A stretch of 45,630 nucleotides of DNA from Candidatus Micrarchaeota archaeon (GCA_964477205.1 CAYZDE010000002.1:3653-49282), one strand, 5' to 3'; shown: positions 1 to 8,870, counted from the first letter of the stretch. Program-made: numbers and translations. Notes: a model not told the origin generated them from the sequence alone.

Positions 1-1
1 A

Positions 2-1126
2 TCACGGCAGGAAGTTTCCGGCTTGAATCTTCTCGGGTAAGTACGACTTGCTGATGTACTGGAGGCTCTTGCTCGAGAGCGCTTGGATTTCCGCCTTGAG
101 TTTCTTCTCGAGGAATAAGTCGATTTCCCCTTGCCATTGCTTGCTCTTGAACCAGTCGTACGCCTTTAATTCTTTAGCGCGCTTTATGTCGACTTCCTTT
201 GCCTTAATCGTCACTGATTTCAAGTCGTATTCCTCGATGTCCGTGGTGCTCATTCCGAGGAACTTCATTGCGGGGCACCCGAGCCTGTTCGAATCGTGGG
301 CCAGGGCCATCGAGCCGTACTTCATGGTCGAGTAAATGTACCACCCGTATGGGTCCGAGTCCGTTAGGCAGTACACCGGGAGCTTGAGTTCCGAGCTCAA
401 TCGTTGTAGTAAGCGGCGCGCGCCTCGGGCGGCTTGCCCCCCGGTGGTCATTAGCATGCATTTGTTCTTCTTCCAGTACTCGTCTTCGTTTAAGCGGTCG
501 AAGATTGCGTTCTTCTCGGCGACGAGTACGTACTCGGCGCCTACGTCTTTGAATTCGGTTTGCTCGACGATTGAGGGGACCGCCCAGCCGCCTGAGCCCA
601 TGTGCGCCAAGTCGATTTTATCGGTTTTGTTGCGCATGTGGTCGAGTACTACCATTTCGCCGGCGATTCTGCCCTTGGGTTCCGCGCGCAAGTGCAGCCG
701 CTCGCGGAAAGTGCCGAGCGCTACTTCAAAGTCGACGATTGCCGAGTCGCTCTCGCGCTGCTCGTCGATGGTATCTTCCTTGGACCCGGAAATCGTGTGC
801 TTCTTGGCGTAGTATAAGTCACGAAGGGTCGCCGTCAAGTTGTTCGCGAGCAAGTCTTTCTTAACGTACGACGCGACGAGGAGGGTTTGCATGAAGCGGC
901 GGGCGTGGGCCACGTTGAATAAGTAACGCGAGGATATCTTGTCGCCTAGCGTGATTTGCTTGCTTTTCTCGTCGAAGAACACGTTCGCGGACCCGCGAAT
1001 CGGGATGTTCATGTGGGGGTTTTCTCCCGCTTCGATTTCCTTGATTAGTTGCTCGCCGAGTTTCTCGATGCGGTCGCTGATTTCCTTGATGCGCTTTAGT
1101 TTTTCTTCTTTCTTCTTTGGAGTCAC
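2..1126 (-). CDS. top6A: DNA topoisomerase VI subunit A (Spo11-like)
   Basis: 374-aa ORF with a Spo11/TopVIA-like winged-helix and Toprim region (LTDSDPYGWYIYSTMKYGS). It lies directly downstream of, and 6 nt from, the topo VI B gene. The stop TGA is at 2-4, so the gene is complete. Confidence 0.9.
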   Translation of the reverse strand: MTPKKKEEKLKRIKEISDRIEKLGEQLIKEIEAGENPHMNIPIRGSANVFFDEKSKQITLGDKISSRYLFNVAHARRFMQTLLVASYVKKDLLANNLTATLRDLYYAKKHTISGSKEDTIDEQRESDSAIVDFEVALGTFRERLHLRAEPKGRIAGEMVVLDHMRNKTDKIDLAHMGSGGWAVPSIVEQTEFKDVGAEYVLVAEKNAIFDRLNEDEYWKKNKCMLMTTGGQAARGARRLLQRLSSELKLPVYCLTDSDPYGWYIYSTMKYGSMALAHDSNRLGCPAMKFLGMSTTDIEEYDLKSVTIKAKEVDIKRAKELKAYDWFKSKQWQGEIDLFLEKKLKAEIQALSSKSLQYISKSYLPEKIQAGNFLP

Positions 1127-1132
1127 TTAAAA

Positions 1133-3028
1133 TCAACCCTCTTCCTGAATTTGCTTTTCGGTTTCCTTCTCGAGTTGCTCTATTTCGTTTTCAGCGCCTT
1201 CATCAATGCTCTCGTTGCCCAAGTTGGTTTTCGACTCGGCGATTTTGCGCATGGCTTGTTCGAGCTCGGTTTTGGGCTTGCCCGTCACGTCGTGCAAGGC
1301 CGCGGCGACTTCGGTTATGTACTTGAAGAATATTTTGCGTCGGCGCTCTTGGTCTTCGACCCTGCGCAGCCCGGATAGGTAAGAGCCGACGGCGCGCGCG
1401 GCGTCCATCATTGCCATTCGTATTTCCGCGACGATTTCCTCTTCCGAGGCAATGGCGAGCTTGCCGGCGCCGGTGTAAGGCACGTAAACGCTAACGAAGT
1501 TCACGAGTACGGTTACGGGCTGTTGTGATTGGAAGTCTTTGAGGCCGTAGCGGCGCCAGTCCACGGTTTTGACTGCTTCGTTGATTGCGCAGGCGCCGGA
1601 GTCGAATAGTAAGGGCACGCGGTTAGCGTAGCGCATGTACTCTCCGTCACCCGAACCGGATTCGCCGCATTTCCCTCCGTACGCTACCGCGCACTCGACG
1701 AGGAACGGGATTCCACCGCGGAATACTTTCGGCTTGCGTTGGACTACTTTGAGGAACTCAGGCTTCAATAAGTTCTTTAGTGACTTCTCGAGTTGGTCCG
1801 CGCCTATTGGCTGCAGGGCGGTTAAGTCGGGGTTGTTGAATTTTACGTGTTGGAACGCGTTGATGATGCGTTCGGCTTGGTCCCAAGTGAGGGTGCGCGG
1901 GTGCTTGTTCAAGTCGATTATCCACGGGCTCTTTGCATCATTCGGCTCCGAGCGGCCTATGTATTTTTGCACTTCTTTTGTTTTGGCGGAGCTGATGCGT
2001 GAGAAGTCGGCGGATAAGAACGAGCCGATTTTTCGGGCTTGCGTTATTGCGGCTATGTCCATTAAGTCGCTCGTGGTCAACCCGAGGGGATGCGGCTTAA
2101 CGGCTTTTGCCCTGGACGGGACTTGGTTGCTTGCCCGCGGGAACACGACGATGTTTTTGTCGGGTTCGATGAGCGTGATTTGCGCGTGCGGGTTCGAGAG
2201 CGCGGTGCGGCGTAAGTACTCGTATACTCCGTGTTCGCCTCGGTCGTACGAGACTTCCGCGAATTCGGCTTCGATTCGGAGGCCGCGGAAATTTCCGCGC
2301 TTTTCTTCTAGTTTGTCTACTACGGATTGGTTCTTCTTTACGTCGATGCTCACGAAGCCCTCGTGATACTTGTCCTTGCCTAGGCCGGTTTTGAACTTTG
2401 TGGGCTTGCCCGTGGTGATTTGAGCGAATAGCGTTGCGTAAGCAGCGCCGATTCCTTGCTGGCCTCGCTTTTGCTTTCGTTGGTTGAATTTCGTGCCGGC
2501 GAGGAGTTTTCCCAGTGCGTGGCCTATCTTAGACTTGGGGACGCCGGTGCCATTGTCTTCAACAATTACTTTCAAGTGGCCGGTAGCCCAACGCACGGTT
2601 ATCTCAGAGTCCTCGGCGGGCGGCTTTCTAAATACGACTTGCTTGACGCTTTGCTTGCCGCGGCGGCCGTACTTAACAACGTAGTCGGGACCGCGATCTT
2701 TCTTCACGCTGTTCACGTACACTTCGAAGAGTGCCGCCTTGCCCATGGAGTTCGCTAAGTCAAAGTTGGTTTCCGAGCCGTTCGCGACTGCGAGCGTCGT
2801 TTTGCGTGGCCGCGCGGTGAGTGAGTGGACTTCCACTAAAAGGTCGGGGAGTATCTTCGCGTCCTCGCACGCATCCAGCGAGTTTGTAACGTATTCGTGC
2901 ACGATGGTCGTGAGGCTGCGCGTTTCTCCCGCATACCCCAACATTTGCCTGTTCTTCTTGAAGAATTCGGCTATGGAATACTCCTTAAATGATTGTTCTA
3001 GCTCTGTTTTATCAGCCATTGAAATCAC
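1133..3028 (-). CDS. top6B: DNA topoisomerase VI subunit B (GHKL ATPase), with an extra segment inside the Bergerat fold
   Basis: N terminus [15 protein letters not shown]...[10 protein letters not shown] (N-box) and VEDNGTGVP (G1 box) are typical of Top6B. It is followed by transducer-like sequence and is in an operon with top6A. Confidence 0.9.
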   Translation of the reverse strand: MISMADKTELEQSFKEYSIAEFFKKNRQMLGYAGETRSLTTIVHEYVTNSLDACEDAKILPDLLVEVHSLTARPRKTTLAVANGSETNFDLANSMGKAALFEVYVNSVKKDRGPDYVVKYGRRGKQSVKQVVFRKPPAEDSEITVRWATGHLKVIVEDNGTGVPKSKIGHALGKLLAGTKFNQRKQKRGQQGIGAAYATLFAQITTGKPTKFKTGLGKDKYHEGFVSIDVKKNQSVVDKLEEKRGNFRGLRIEAEFAEVSYDRGEHGVYEYLRRTALSNPHAQITLIEPDKNIVVFPRASNQVPSRAKAVKPHPLGLTTSDLMDIAAITQARKIGSFLSADFSRISSAKTKEVQKYIGRSEPNDAKSPWIIDLNKHPRTLTWDQAERIINAFQHVKFNNPDLTALQPIGADQLEKSLKNLLKPEFLKVVQRKPKVFRGGIPFLVECAVAYGGKCGESGSGDGEYMRYANRVPLLFDSGACAINEAVKTVDWRRYGLKDFQSQQPVTVLVNFVSVYVPYTGAGKLAIASEEEIVAEIRMAMMDAARAVGSYLSGLRRVEDQERRRKIFFKYITEVAAALHDVTGKPKTELEQAMRKIAESKTNLGNESIDEGAENEIEQLEKETEKQIQEEG

Positions 3029-3031
3029 GAT

Positions 3032-3523
3032 TCACCTTCTCTGTTTAATGCGCTCTAGGAACGCGTACGCGGTCGAGTGCTCCGACCCCTCGAGTATCTT
3101 GTACACTGCGAGTTTCGCGTCTTGCAAATCCTCGTATCCCCCGAGTATTGCGACGTCGTCTCCGAAAATGCTCACTTCGGCCCCGCTTAATTCCTGCAGG
3201 TTTCTTTTCACCCTGCCTTCCGAACCGATTACGCGGGCTTTGTAACGCTTCACTTTTTTATGCTTGCCTGAATAAAAACGTTTCAAGTTGATGACTTCGA
3301 AGAAGCAATCTTCCTTGAGCAGCTTCAGCGCGCTCTTAGGGGTGAAGCCGTAGCCGATTGCGCGGCACACTTGTTCGGCTTCCCAAACCGCGCTGGAGTC
3401 CCCGTTCACGTCGACCGATCCGTCGGGCTTAATCGACAGTTCCACGCCGGTGCTTTCTTCAATGGCTTCGCGCGCCCGCTTTAATGCATTAACTCTCTTC
3501 GGGGATACAACTAAACAAGCCAT
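3032..3523 (-). CDS. KH-domain RNA-binding protein (aDim2/Pno1-like)
   Basis: 163 aa with two KH-like units; the second carries ARVIGSEGRVKRNLQELSGAEVSI (GxxG-type loop). The size and layout match archaeal Dim2-like proteins. Confidence 0.6.
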   Translation of the reverse strand: MACLVVSPKRVNALKRAREAIEESTGVELSIKPDGSVDVNGDSSAVWEAEQVCRAIGYGFTPKSALKLLKEDCFFEVINLKRFYSGKHKKVKRYKARVIGSEGRVKRNLQELSGAEVSIFGDDVAILGGYEDLQDAKLAVYKILEGSEHSTAYAFLERIKQRR

Positions 3524-3580
3524 TAAATAAACACCATTTCAAGACGCGAGCCTCCTCTATTAATTAAATGACTCGCAAGT

Positions 3581-3588
3581 TATAAATA
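3581..3588 (+). promoter_or_regulatory. TATA-box-like element about 28 nt upstream of ATG 3613 (would give a leaderless transcript)
   Basis: TATAAATA lies in an otherwise non-coding stretch, and its distance to ATG 3613 fits archaeal TATA-to-TSS spacing. Confidence 0.3.
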
Positions 3589-3612
3589 CTTTTGCGCCCT
3601 AGAATCGCTTTA

Positions 3613-3741
3613 ATGGCTGAATCGCGCGGTTTAAAGCAAGATTTAAAGGAGTTGAAGGGCTTGGCTTATGCAGTGCTCTTCATTGCCCTGCTAATCTTAT
3701 TCTTATTGCTTGGCTTCGCGTTGAAGTCGCTTGGTTTTTGA
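3613..3741 (+). CDS. Possible 42-aa single-pass membrane peptide (below the ORF-track length cutoff)
   Basis: The translation is MAESRGLKQDLKELKGLAYAVLFIALLILFLLLGFALKSLGF. It has one clear hydrophobic helix, a TATA-like box at -28, and overlaps the next ORF by 11 nt. Confidence 0.25.
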   Translation: MAESRGLKQDLKELKGLAYAVLFIALLILFLLLGFALKSLGF

Positions 3742-4156
3742 ATTGAGTGAGCTCTCCGAACTCTTGGAAAAGCACTTGCAGCCGCTTGGGCACGAGGAAT
3801 ACGGCGAGTGGCTGGAAAAGCACTTGAAATTGAAAGGGAACGCCGTACTCATTTACTACCCGAAAGCGTTTCCAATTGAACGCTTCCACAAGCCGAAAGG
3901 AAGCGAACTCGATTTGCAAGCTTTAACGCGAATTGCCTTATTGCACGCGGAAAGTGAAGCCGGCGCACCGTTCAACCGAATCACTAACGTGCTCTTACCA
4001 AAAGGCACCATCGTCAAAGGCGAGTTAGCCCGAGAGACGCGCAAGCTAGTTCGGTTGTTCCACTGCGAAGCATTTGAAAAGGGCGGCGCAGCTGGGATTC
4101 CCGCTTACGAAGAGCACGAGCGCTTGGTAAAGGAAGCGCGGTTGCAAAAGCACTAG
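3731..4156 (+). CDS. Hypothetical protein (141 aa, TTG start)
   Basis: Intact ORF in an otherwise unoccupied interval. No family was recognised. Confidence 0.4.
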   Translation: MVFELSELSELLEKHLQPLGHEEYGEWLEKHLKLKGNAVLIYYPKAFPIERFHKPKGSELDLQALTRIALLHAESEAGAPFNRITNVLLPKGTIVKGELARETRKLVRLFHCEAFEKGGAAGIPAYEEHERLVKEARLQKH

Positions 4157-4545
4157 TCAACGCGGAGCAAGAGCTTCTCGCCCATGGTCTCCATGTACTG
4201 AATTTCCTTGCCGACTTCAACGTCTTTCATCATCTCGGCGGGCACTTGAACGTCGAAAGTCTCGTACGACTCAACGTCCATTAAAGTCGCGGTGTTCCCG
4301 CTCACGTTCACTATTTGCCCGCGCTTGCGCTCGATAATCGGGATTTCACAGTCCGCGTCGGATGACTTGGCTAGTGAATGCTTTGAACTATCGAATAGGG
4401 ATACGGCGACGACGCTCACTTTTGCGGATCCGTGCTTGCCCGGCTTACTCTTGTCAACGCTCACGATTCGGCACGGGTGGTCGTCGATTAAAACGTACTT
4501 GCCTTTCTTGAGTTCGCCCATTTTAGAGAAAATCTTGTCTACCAA
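4153..4545 (-). CDS. eif5a: Translation initiation factor 5A (aIF5A)
   Basis: 130 aa; KGKYVLIDDHPCRIVSVDKSKPGKHGSAKV contains the hypusine-loop motif (S/T)KxGKHG. Confidence 0.9.
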   Translation of the reverse strand: MVDKIFSKMGELKKGKYVLIDDHPCRIVSVDKSKPGKHGSAKVSVVAVSLFDSSKHSLAKSSDADCEIPIIERKRGQIVNVSGNTATLMDVESYETFDVQVPAEMMKDVEVGKEIQYMETMGEKLLLRVD

Positions 4546-4600
4546 ATTATGCCACCTTTTGAAAACTAATTTTAAGAGAGCAGGCTAGTATATAATAAAA

Positions 4601-5347
4601 ATGTTCCTGGATGCGCACTGCCACGTGGAAAAAGGGTTAAAGTTCCCGCACTACCCCGACTTGGAGGAAGTAGTGGAGCGAATGCGCGTGAAGCGCGTGC
4701 GCGCCGTGAACACCGGGCGCAACTTGAAATCCAATGCAGGAGTGCTCGCAATTGCGCGGGAGTACCCGAACGAGTTTTACGCGGCAACAGGGTTGAGCCC
4801 CCACGACGCGGGCCAAGCGAATCTTGAAGAGGAAGTGGAATTCGTGCGCGCGCATGCTGATGAAATCGTCGCGGTGGGCGAGTGCGGACTCGACCACCAT
4901 TACTTCAAGGATAGGAAAGAGCAAGCGCGCCAGCTAGTTGCCTTTGAGGCAATGCTCGAGCTTGCGGAAGGGCTCGGGAAGCCGATCGTAGTTCACTCGC
5001 GGGACGCTGAAATCGAGGTAATGCAAGTGTTGAATTCGTTCAACGCTACTCCGTTATTGCATTGCCTTCAAAAGCCGAAGGCAGTGCGCCTCGCGCCCGA
5101 CTCTGCGTATTACTCCCTACCAACGCTTAAAAACAGTGCGAGGGTTAAACTAATTGAGACCGTGCCTTTCGAGCGATTGCTGGCTGAAACGGACTCCCCG
5201 TTCTTATGGAAAGGGGGGCGAAACGAGCCCTCGAACGTGATCGAGGTTTACGGGGAAGTCGCCCAAATCAAGGGGATTCCCGTTAACGAAGTCGAAGAAA
5301 GGTTCTGGTTTAATGCGGGTGAATTGTTTTCATGGCAAAAGTCCTAG
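4601..5347 (+). CDS. tatD: TatD-family metal-dependent hydrolase/DNase
   Basis: The N-terminal DAHCH motif, the internal GECGLDHHY motif and VHSRDA are typical of TatD/YcfH. Confidence 0.85.
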   Translation: MFLDAHCHVEKGLKFPHYPDLEEVVERMRVKRVRAVNTGRNLKSNAGVLAIAREYPNEFYAATGLSPHDAGQANLEEEVEFVRAHADEIVAVGECGLDHHYFKDRKEQARQLVAFEAMLELAEGLGKPIVVHSRDAEIEVMQVLNSFNATPLLHCLQKPKAVRLAPDSAYYSLPTLKNSARVKLIETVPFERLLAETDSPFLWKGGRNEPSNVIEVYGEVAQIKGIPVNEVEERFWFNAGELFSWQKS

Positions 5348-5790
5348 ACCAATTAAAAAAAATCATACAAAAGCGCACGCCAAAGAACGTAGCGCTCTTC
5401 GTGGACGGGCCTAACATGCTGCGTAAAGAGCTTAAAGTTGATTTGTCACGGGTTAAGAAGCGCGTTGAAAAAGTCGGAAAAATTAAGATAGCACGCGTGT
5501 TCCTAAACCAATACGCTTCGGACAAGCTAATCGAGGCAGTAACGAATCAAGGTTTTGAAGTGGTAATCATACCGAGCGACGTCGACGTAGCCCTCGCGGT
5601 TGACGCAACGCAAAGCGTTTTTAACGAAAAAATAGAGGTGATTTGCATCGCCTCGCGTGACTCGGACTTTAAGCCCGTGCTCACGAGGGCGAAAGAATTC
5701 GGTAAGGATACGGTGGTAGTCGGCGCGGAACCCGACTTCTCGATTGCCTTACAGAATACGGCGGACACGGTAATCAACCTTAGTAAGTGA
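5332..5790 (+). CDS. NYN/LabA-like (PIN-related) domain protein
   Basis: ALFVDGPNMLRKE near the N terminus plus SRDSDFKPV later, as in NYN-domain proteins. It overlaps tatD by 16 nt. Confidence 0.6.
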   Translation: MAKVLDQLKKIIQKRTPKNVALFVDGPNMLRKELKVDLSRVKKRVEKVGKIKIARVFLNQYASDKLIEAVTNQGFEVVIIPSDVDVALAVDATQSVFNEKIEVICIASRDSDFKPVLTRAKEFGKDTVVVGAEPDFSIALQNTADTVINLSK

Positions 5791-6374
5791 AAACAGTGCT
5801 ACCAGACGGAAAGGTTTTGAAAAAGGAAATCGACTTAACGCGAGCGAGCTTCCCGTCGCTATTGAAGGAGCTCAAGGAAAAAAAATTCTCGGGTTACGTT
5901 GCAATCACGATTCGCGGGGGAAATGGCCTCGAGGACGGCTTCGTCGCCTTTGACTCGGGAAAAGTAATGGCTGCGGTTTACGAGTACGGCCACGAGGGAA
6001 AAACAATAAAAGGAAAGCCGGCTTTCGAGCGGGCGGTTAACGCAACCGCCGCACCAGCCGCTTACGCGGACGTAATCGAATTGCGCCCGGAGGAAGTGCA
6101 AAATTTCCTTTCAATTGAATCGAACGCCGCTTACGCTCCGAGTGAGGAAGAGTTGGCGAACGCTAAAGCGGAAAAATTCTCCTTGAAGTTTGAAGAGGAA
6201 GTCGCCGGCTTGCCGGCTGAATCCACCCAGCAGTCACTCTTAAACAAATACAAACTCGCGGACGTGCTCGCGGGATTCAAGAAAAAAGAGGATACTGAAA
6301 AACGAGTTGAGCCGAAAATCGAGGAAGAGGAAGGCAGAATAAGGCCGCCATCATTTACGGGGACTAACAAATGA
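5787..6374 (+). CDS. Hypothetical protein with a DUF4388/PATAN-like N-terminal segment and an acidic C-terminal half
   Basis: FPSLLKELKEKKFSGYVAITIRGG...GFVAFDSGKVMAAVYEY resembles the DUF4388 pattern. It is translationally coupled on both sides (GTGA at 5787-5790, ATGA at 6371-6374). Confidence 0.35.
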   Translation: MKTVLPDGKVLKKEIDLTRASFPSLLKELKEKKFSGYVAITIRGGNGLEDGFVAFDSGKVMAAVYEYGHEGKTIKGKPAFERAVNATAAPAAYADVIELRPEEVQNFLSIESNAAYAPSEEELANAKAEKFSLKFEEEVAGLPAESTQQSLLNKYKLADVLAGFKKKEDTEKRVEPKIEEEEGRIRPPSFTGTNK

Positions 6375-7162
6375 AGAGCATAGCTTTCACTTCGGGCAAG
6401 GGCGGCGTAGGCAAGACTACCATCGCATTAAACCTTGGTTTACTGCTCGCCGCGCAGGGCCGCCGCGTGACCGTGGTTGACGCGGACTTGCAAATGGCTA
6501 ACCTTGGCATATTGCTGGGAGTGGACTCCACGCCAATCACGCTGAACAACGTTCTCTCCGGGGATAATACGATTAAGGATGCGGTTTACGCCGGGCCGAA
6601 GGGCTTGAAGTACGTTCCCGCCGGGTTGTCAAGCGACAGCCTCAACAAAGTGGATTACTCGAAGCTACCGGAAACAATGAGGGCACTCTCCGCGGATAAT
6701 GAATTCGTGCTAATCGATTCCCCGCCGGGCTTGGGGGAGGACGCACGAGCCGCGGCGAAGGCGGCCGACGAATTAATAATAGTAATGACGCCTGAGCCGT
6801 CTTCCCTCGCGGACGCGCTCAAAGTGAAGATAATGAGCGAGAGGATAGGCACGCAAATCAAGGGAATCGTGTTGAACATGTCTTACGGGGATAAGAGCGA
6901 GATAAACCCGCGTGACTTGAGCACGGTAATGGAAGTACCGATAATTGCAGTGCTCCCGGACGACCGCGAGGTGCGCCGCTCGAACGCGTTGCAGCAACCC
7001 GTGGTCTTGCGCGCGCCGAAGAGCGCTTTCGTAAAAGCGTTAGGCGTCGTCGCGCGTTTCGTGCTCGGCGAATCCGCGCCTGCTGCACCCCCTACCAAAC
7101 AAAGAAAAGGCATAGGGGCATCATTAATGGCATTCATCCGAAGATTATTCGGTAAGAGGTGA
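6371..7162 (+). CDS. minD: MinD/ParA-family P-loop ATPase
   Basis: Deviant Walker A SGKGGVGKTT, followed by VVDAD and IDSPPG motifs. Confidence 0.85.
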   Translation: MKSIAFTSGKGGVGKTTIALNLGLLLAAQGRRVTVVDADLQMANLGILLGVDSTPITLNNVLSGDNTIKDAVYAGPKGLKYVPAGLSSDSLNKVDYSKLPETMRALSADNEFVLIDSPPGLGEDARAAAKAADELIIVMTPEPSSLADALKVKIMSERIGTQIKGIVLNMSYGDKSEINPRDLSTVMEVPIIAVLPDDREVRRSNALQQPVVLRAPKSAFVKALGVVARFVLGESAPAAPPTKQRKGIGASLMAFIRRLFGKR

Positions 7163-7393
<231 letters not shown>

Positions 7394-7439
7394 AAAAGTT
7401 TTTTAATTGCACCCGCTCGTATTAGGTAGCGGGAAGCAA

Positions 7440-7512
7440 GGGCTCGTAGTCGAGTGGTTAAGACGCTCGCTTGACGTGCGAGAGATCCCCGGTTCGATTC
7501 CGGGCGGGCCCA
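7440..7512 (+). tRNA. tRNA-Val (anticodon GAC)
   Basis: Manual cloverleaf: acceptor GGGCTCG/CGGGCCC, anticodon arm CTCGC-TTGACGT-GCGAG, T arm CCCGG-TTCGATT-CCGGG, discriminator A. No CCA is encoded. Confidence 0.9.
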
Positions 7513-7602
7513 CTATCCTTCTTTTCAATGGTTAGCTTTAGCTCACCGCGCTTGCAAAAGGAAAGCGCTCCCGCTATAATAAAAAAGAAAAAATAATTAT
7601 TC

Positions 7603-7618
7603 GGGGCAATTATGCCCC
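7603..7618 (-). terminator. Hairpin followed by a T-rich tract downstream of the RGG zinc-ribbon gene
   Basis: GGGGCA-ATTA-TGCCCC hairpin. On the minus strand it is followed by a T-rich run (GAATAATTATTTTTTCTTTTTT). Confidence 0.35.
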
Positions 7619-7643
7619 AAAATTCAAAAGTTTAGTGTTGACT

Positions 7644-7967
7644 CTAGTAGTCATTCCTACGGCCGCCGCGACCGCCGCCGTAACTGCCGCCACGGCCTCC
7701 GCCGTAACTGCCGCCACGGTCACCGCCGTAACCGCCGCCGCCGCCTCCGCCGTAACTGCGGGGCTTGCGGTGCTTCTTGAAGCATTCGTTGCAGTAAATC
7801 GGCCTGCCTTCCGTGGGCTTGAAAGGAACTTCGCATTCCTTGCCACAGTCAGAGCAAACTGTCTTGTGCATTTCACGGTCGCCACCGAAGTGACCGCCGC
7901 GGTTGTCTTGGTGGTCGTCGCCACCGGAACTCGAATCTTTCGTCGAGCCATCGTCGTAGTCGTTCAT
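7644..7967 (-). CDS. Small zinc-ribbon protein with RGG/glycine-rich tails (probable nucleic-acid binding)
   Basis: The central CSDCGKECEVPFKPTEGRPIYCNECF (CxxC-x17-CxxC) is flanked by GG/RGG-rich segments ending in (RGGSYGGG)n. Confidence 0.7.
   Translation of the reverse strand: MNDYDDGSTKDSSSGGDDHQDNRGGHFGGDREMHKTVCSDCGKECEVPFKPTEGRPIYCNECFKKHRKPRSYGGGGGGGYGGDRGGSYGGGRGGSYGGGRGGRRNDY
7675..7763. repeat. About 3.5 tandem copies of a 24-nt unit (ccgccgtaactgccgccacggyct) inside the RGG tail coding region
   Basis: Read directly from the sequence; consecutive units start at 7675, 7699, 7723 and 7747. The repeat encodes the RGGSYGGG repeats. Confidence 0.7.
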
Positions 7968-8112
7968 TCTATCTATTCACCTATGCTCGGGTATACTACT
8001 CGGCACAACGATTGCATAATAGCCGTTGTTAATTGCCGAGAACCCGGAATCTAATTATTTATGCGAACACGGGAGCATATAAAGCAAACGGTTCGGCTAA
8101 TTGAACAAAGTA

Positions 8113-8124
8113 ATTAAAAGCTTT
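8113..8124 (+). promoter_or_regulatory. BRE/TATA-like element (ATTAAAAGCTTT) about 30 nt upstream of tRNA-Ala
   Basis: An A/T-rich box at the expected archaeal promoter distance. A near-identical box lies upstream of tRNA-Ile. Confidence 0.4.
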
Positions 8125-8149
8125 GTCACGCAAAAGGGTAAAAGGTAGC

Positions 8150-8221
8150 GGGCTCGTAGATCAATGGTAGATCGCTTGCATGGCATGCAAGAGGTTGCGG
8201 GTTCGAATCCCGTCGAGTCCA
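8150..8221 (+). tRNA. tRNA-Ala (anticodon GGC)
   Basis: Acceptor GGGCTCG/CGAGTCC with the G3:U70 identity pair, anticodon arm CTTGC-ATGGCAT-GCAAG, T arm GCGGG-TTCGAAT-CCCGT, discriminator A. Confidence 0.9.
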
Positions 8222-8225
8222 CTAT
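8214..8225 (+). repeat. Direct repeat copy 1 (CGAGTCCACTAT), covering the 3' end of tRNA-Ala plus 4 nt
   Basis: Exact 12-mer, repeated at 8871-8882. Confidence 0.6.
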
Positions 8226-8272
8226 ACCCTTTTGTGAGCAAAAAAGTTCAATCCGAATCAAACTAGTTTATT

Positions 8273-8794
8273 TCAGGCACGCTCATAATGTGACTCAATT
8301 GCGCCTAGGCTAAACGATTTAGTTTTTCTAAATACTAACTCTAATTCCTTATTGTTTCCACTAAATAACCGGATTCCATCTCCTAGGATTACGGGCATAG
8401 TGAAGATAAAGAATTCATCAATTAAATTATATTTTAGAAACTGATTTACGAGATTGGCACCGCCAACGAGCCAGATTTTTTGATTCTCTTTCGGGTCTAA
8501 GCTCTCAACAAATTTCTTAACATCCCCATTTACTATTTCCACATGTTTTCCTTTCTTGATCTTTTTTGAGAATACAAAACACTTCTTGCTTTTATAAGGA
8601 AATTCGCCAAAACCTAAAATCTGTTTATAGGTTGAGCTTCCCATGACCACGGCATTTATTGAATCATAAAATTTTTCGTATCCACAATCTTCTCCGGTAT
8701 TATTGAATTTGTCTAACCAATCAACTGACCCGTTTTTTCTAGCAATGAAACCGTCAAGGCTCATTGCGATGTAAAGTATTACTTTTTTAGGCAT
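8273..8794 (-). CDS. Dihydrofolate reductase-like / RibD C-terminal domain reductase
   Basis: MPKKVILYIAMSLDGFIARKNGSVDWL...VMGSSTYKQI...IWLVGGANLVNQF pattern. The start is taken at the internal ATG 8794; the track ORF extends to 8848. The gene is markedly AT-rich compared with its neighbours. Confidence 0.7.
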   Translation of the reverse strand: MPKKVILYIAMSLDGFIARKNGSVDWLDKFNNTGEDCGYEKFYDSINAVVMGSSTYKQILGFGEFPYKSKKCFVFSKKIKKGKHVEIVNGDVKKFVESLDPKENQKIWLVGGANLVNQFLKYNLIDEFFIFTMPVILGDGIRLFSGNNKELELVFRKTKSFSLGAIESHYERA

Positions 8795-8870
8795 ATAATT
8801 AAAGTTAATTAAATTTTTAATAAAGGATTGGTTCAATGTCTGAAACAAAAATTAACTTAAAGGGTGACGG

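Noticed and set aside
2594-2827. An intein in topoisomerase VI B
   Set aside because: The extra segment is only about 70 residues. It lacks the N-terminal Cys/Ser and C-terminal His-Asn plus Cys/Ser/Thr splice junctions and has no endonuclease motifs.
7675-7763. Short tandem repeats that could suggest a CRISPR array
   Set aside because: The units are contiguous with no spacers, only 24 nt long, and lie inside a coding region in phase with an 8-aa protein repeat. No CRISPR-like repeat-spacer structure or cas gene was seen anywhere in the window.
7610-8054. Long ORFs 7610-7951 (minus strand) and 7635-8054 (plus strand), with Ala/Thr/Val-rich translations
   Set aside because: They are alternative-frame and antisense readings of the GC-rich 24-nt repeat that encodes the RGG tail. 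Only the 7644-7967 frame contains a recognisable domain, the CxxC...CxxC zinc ribbon.
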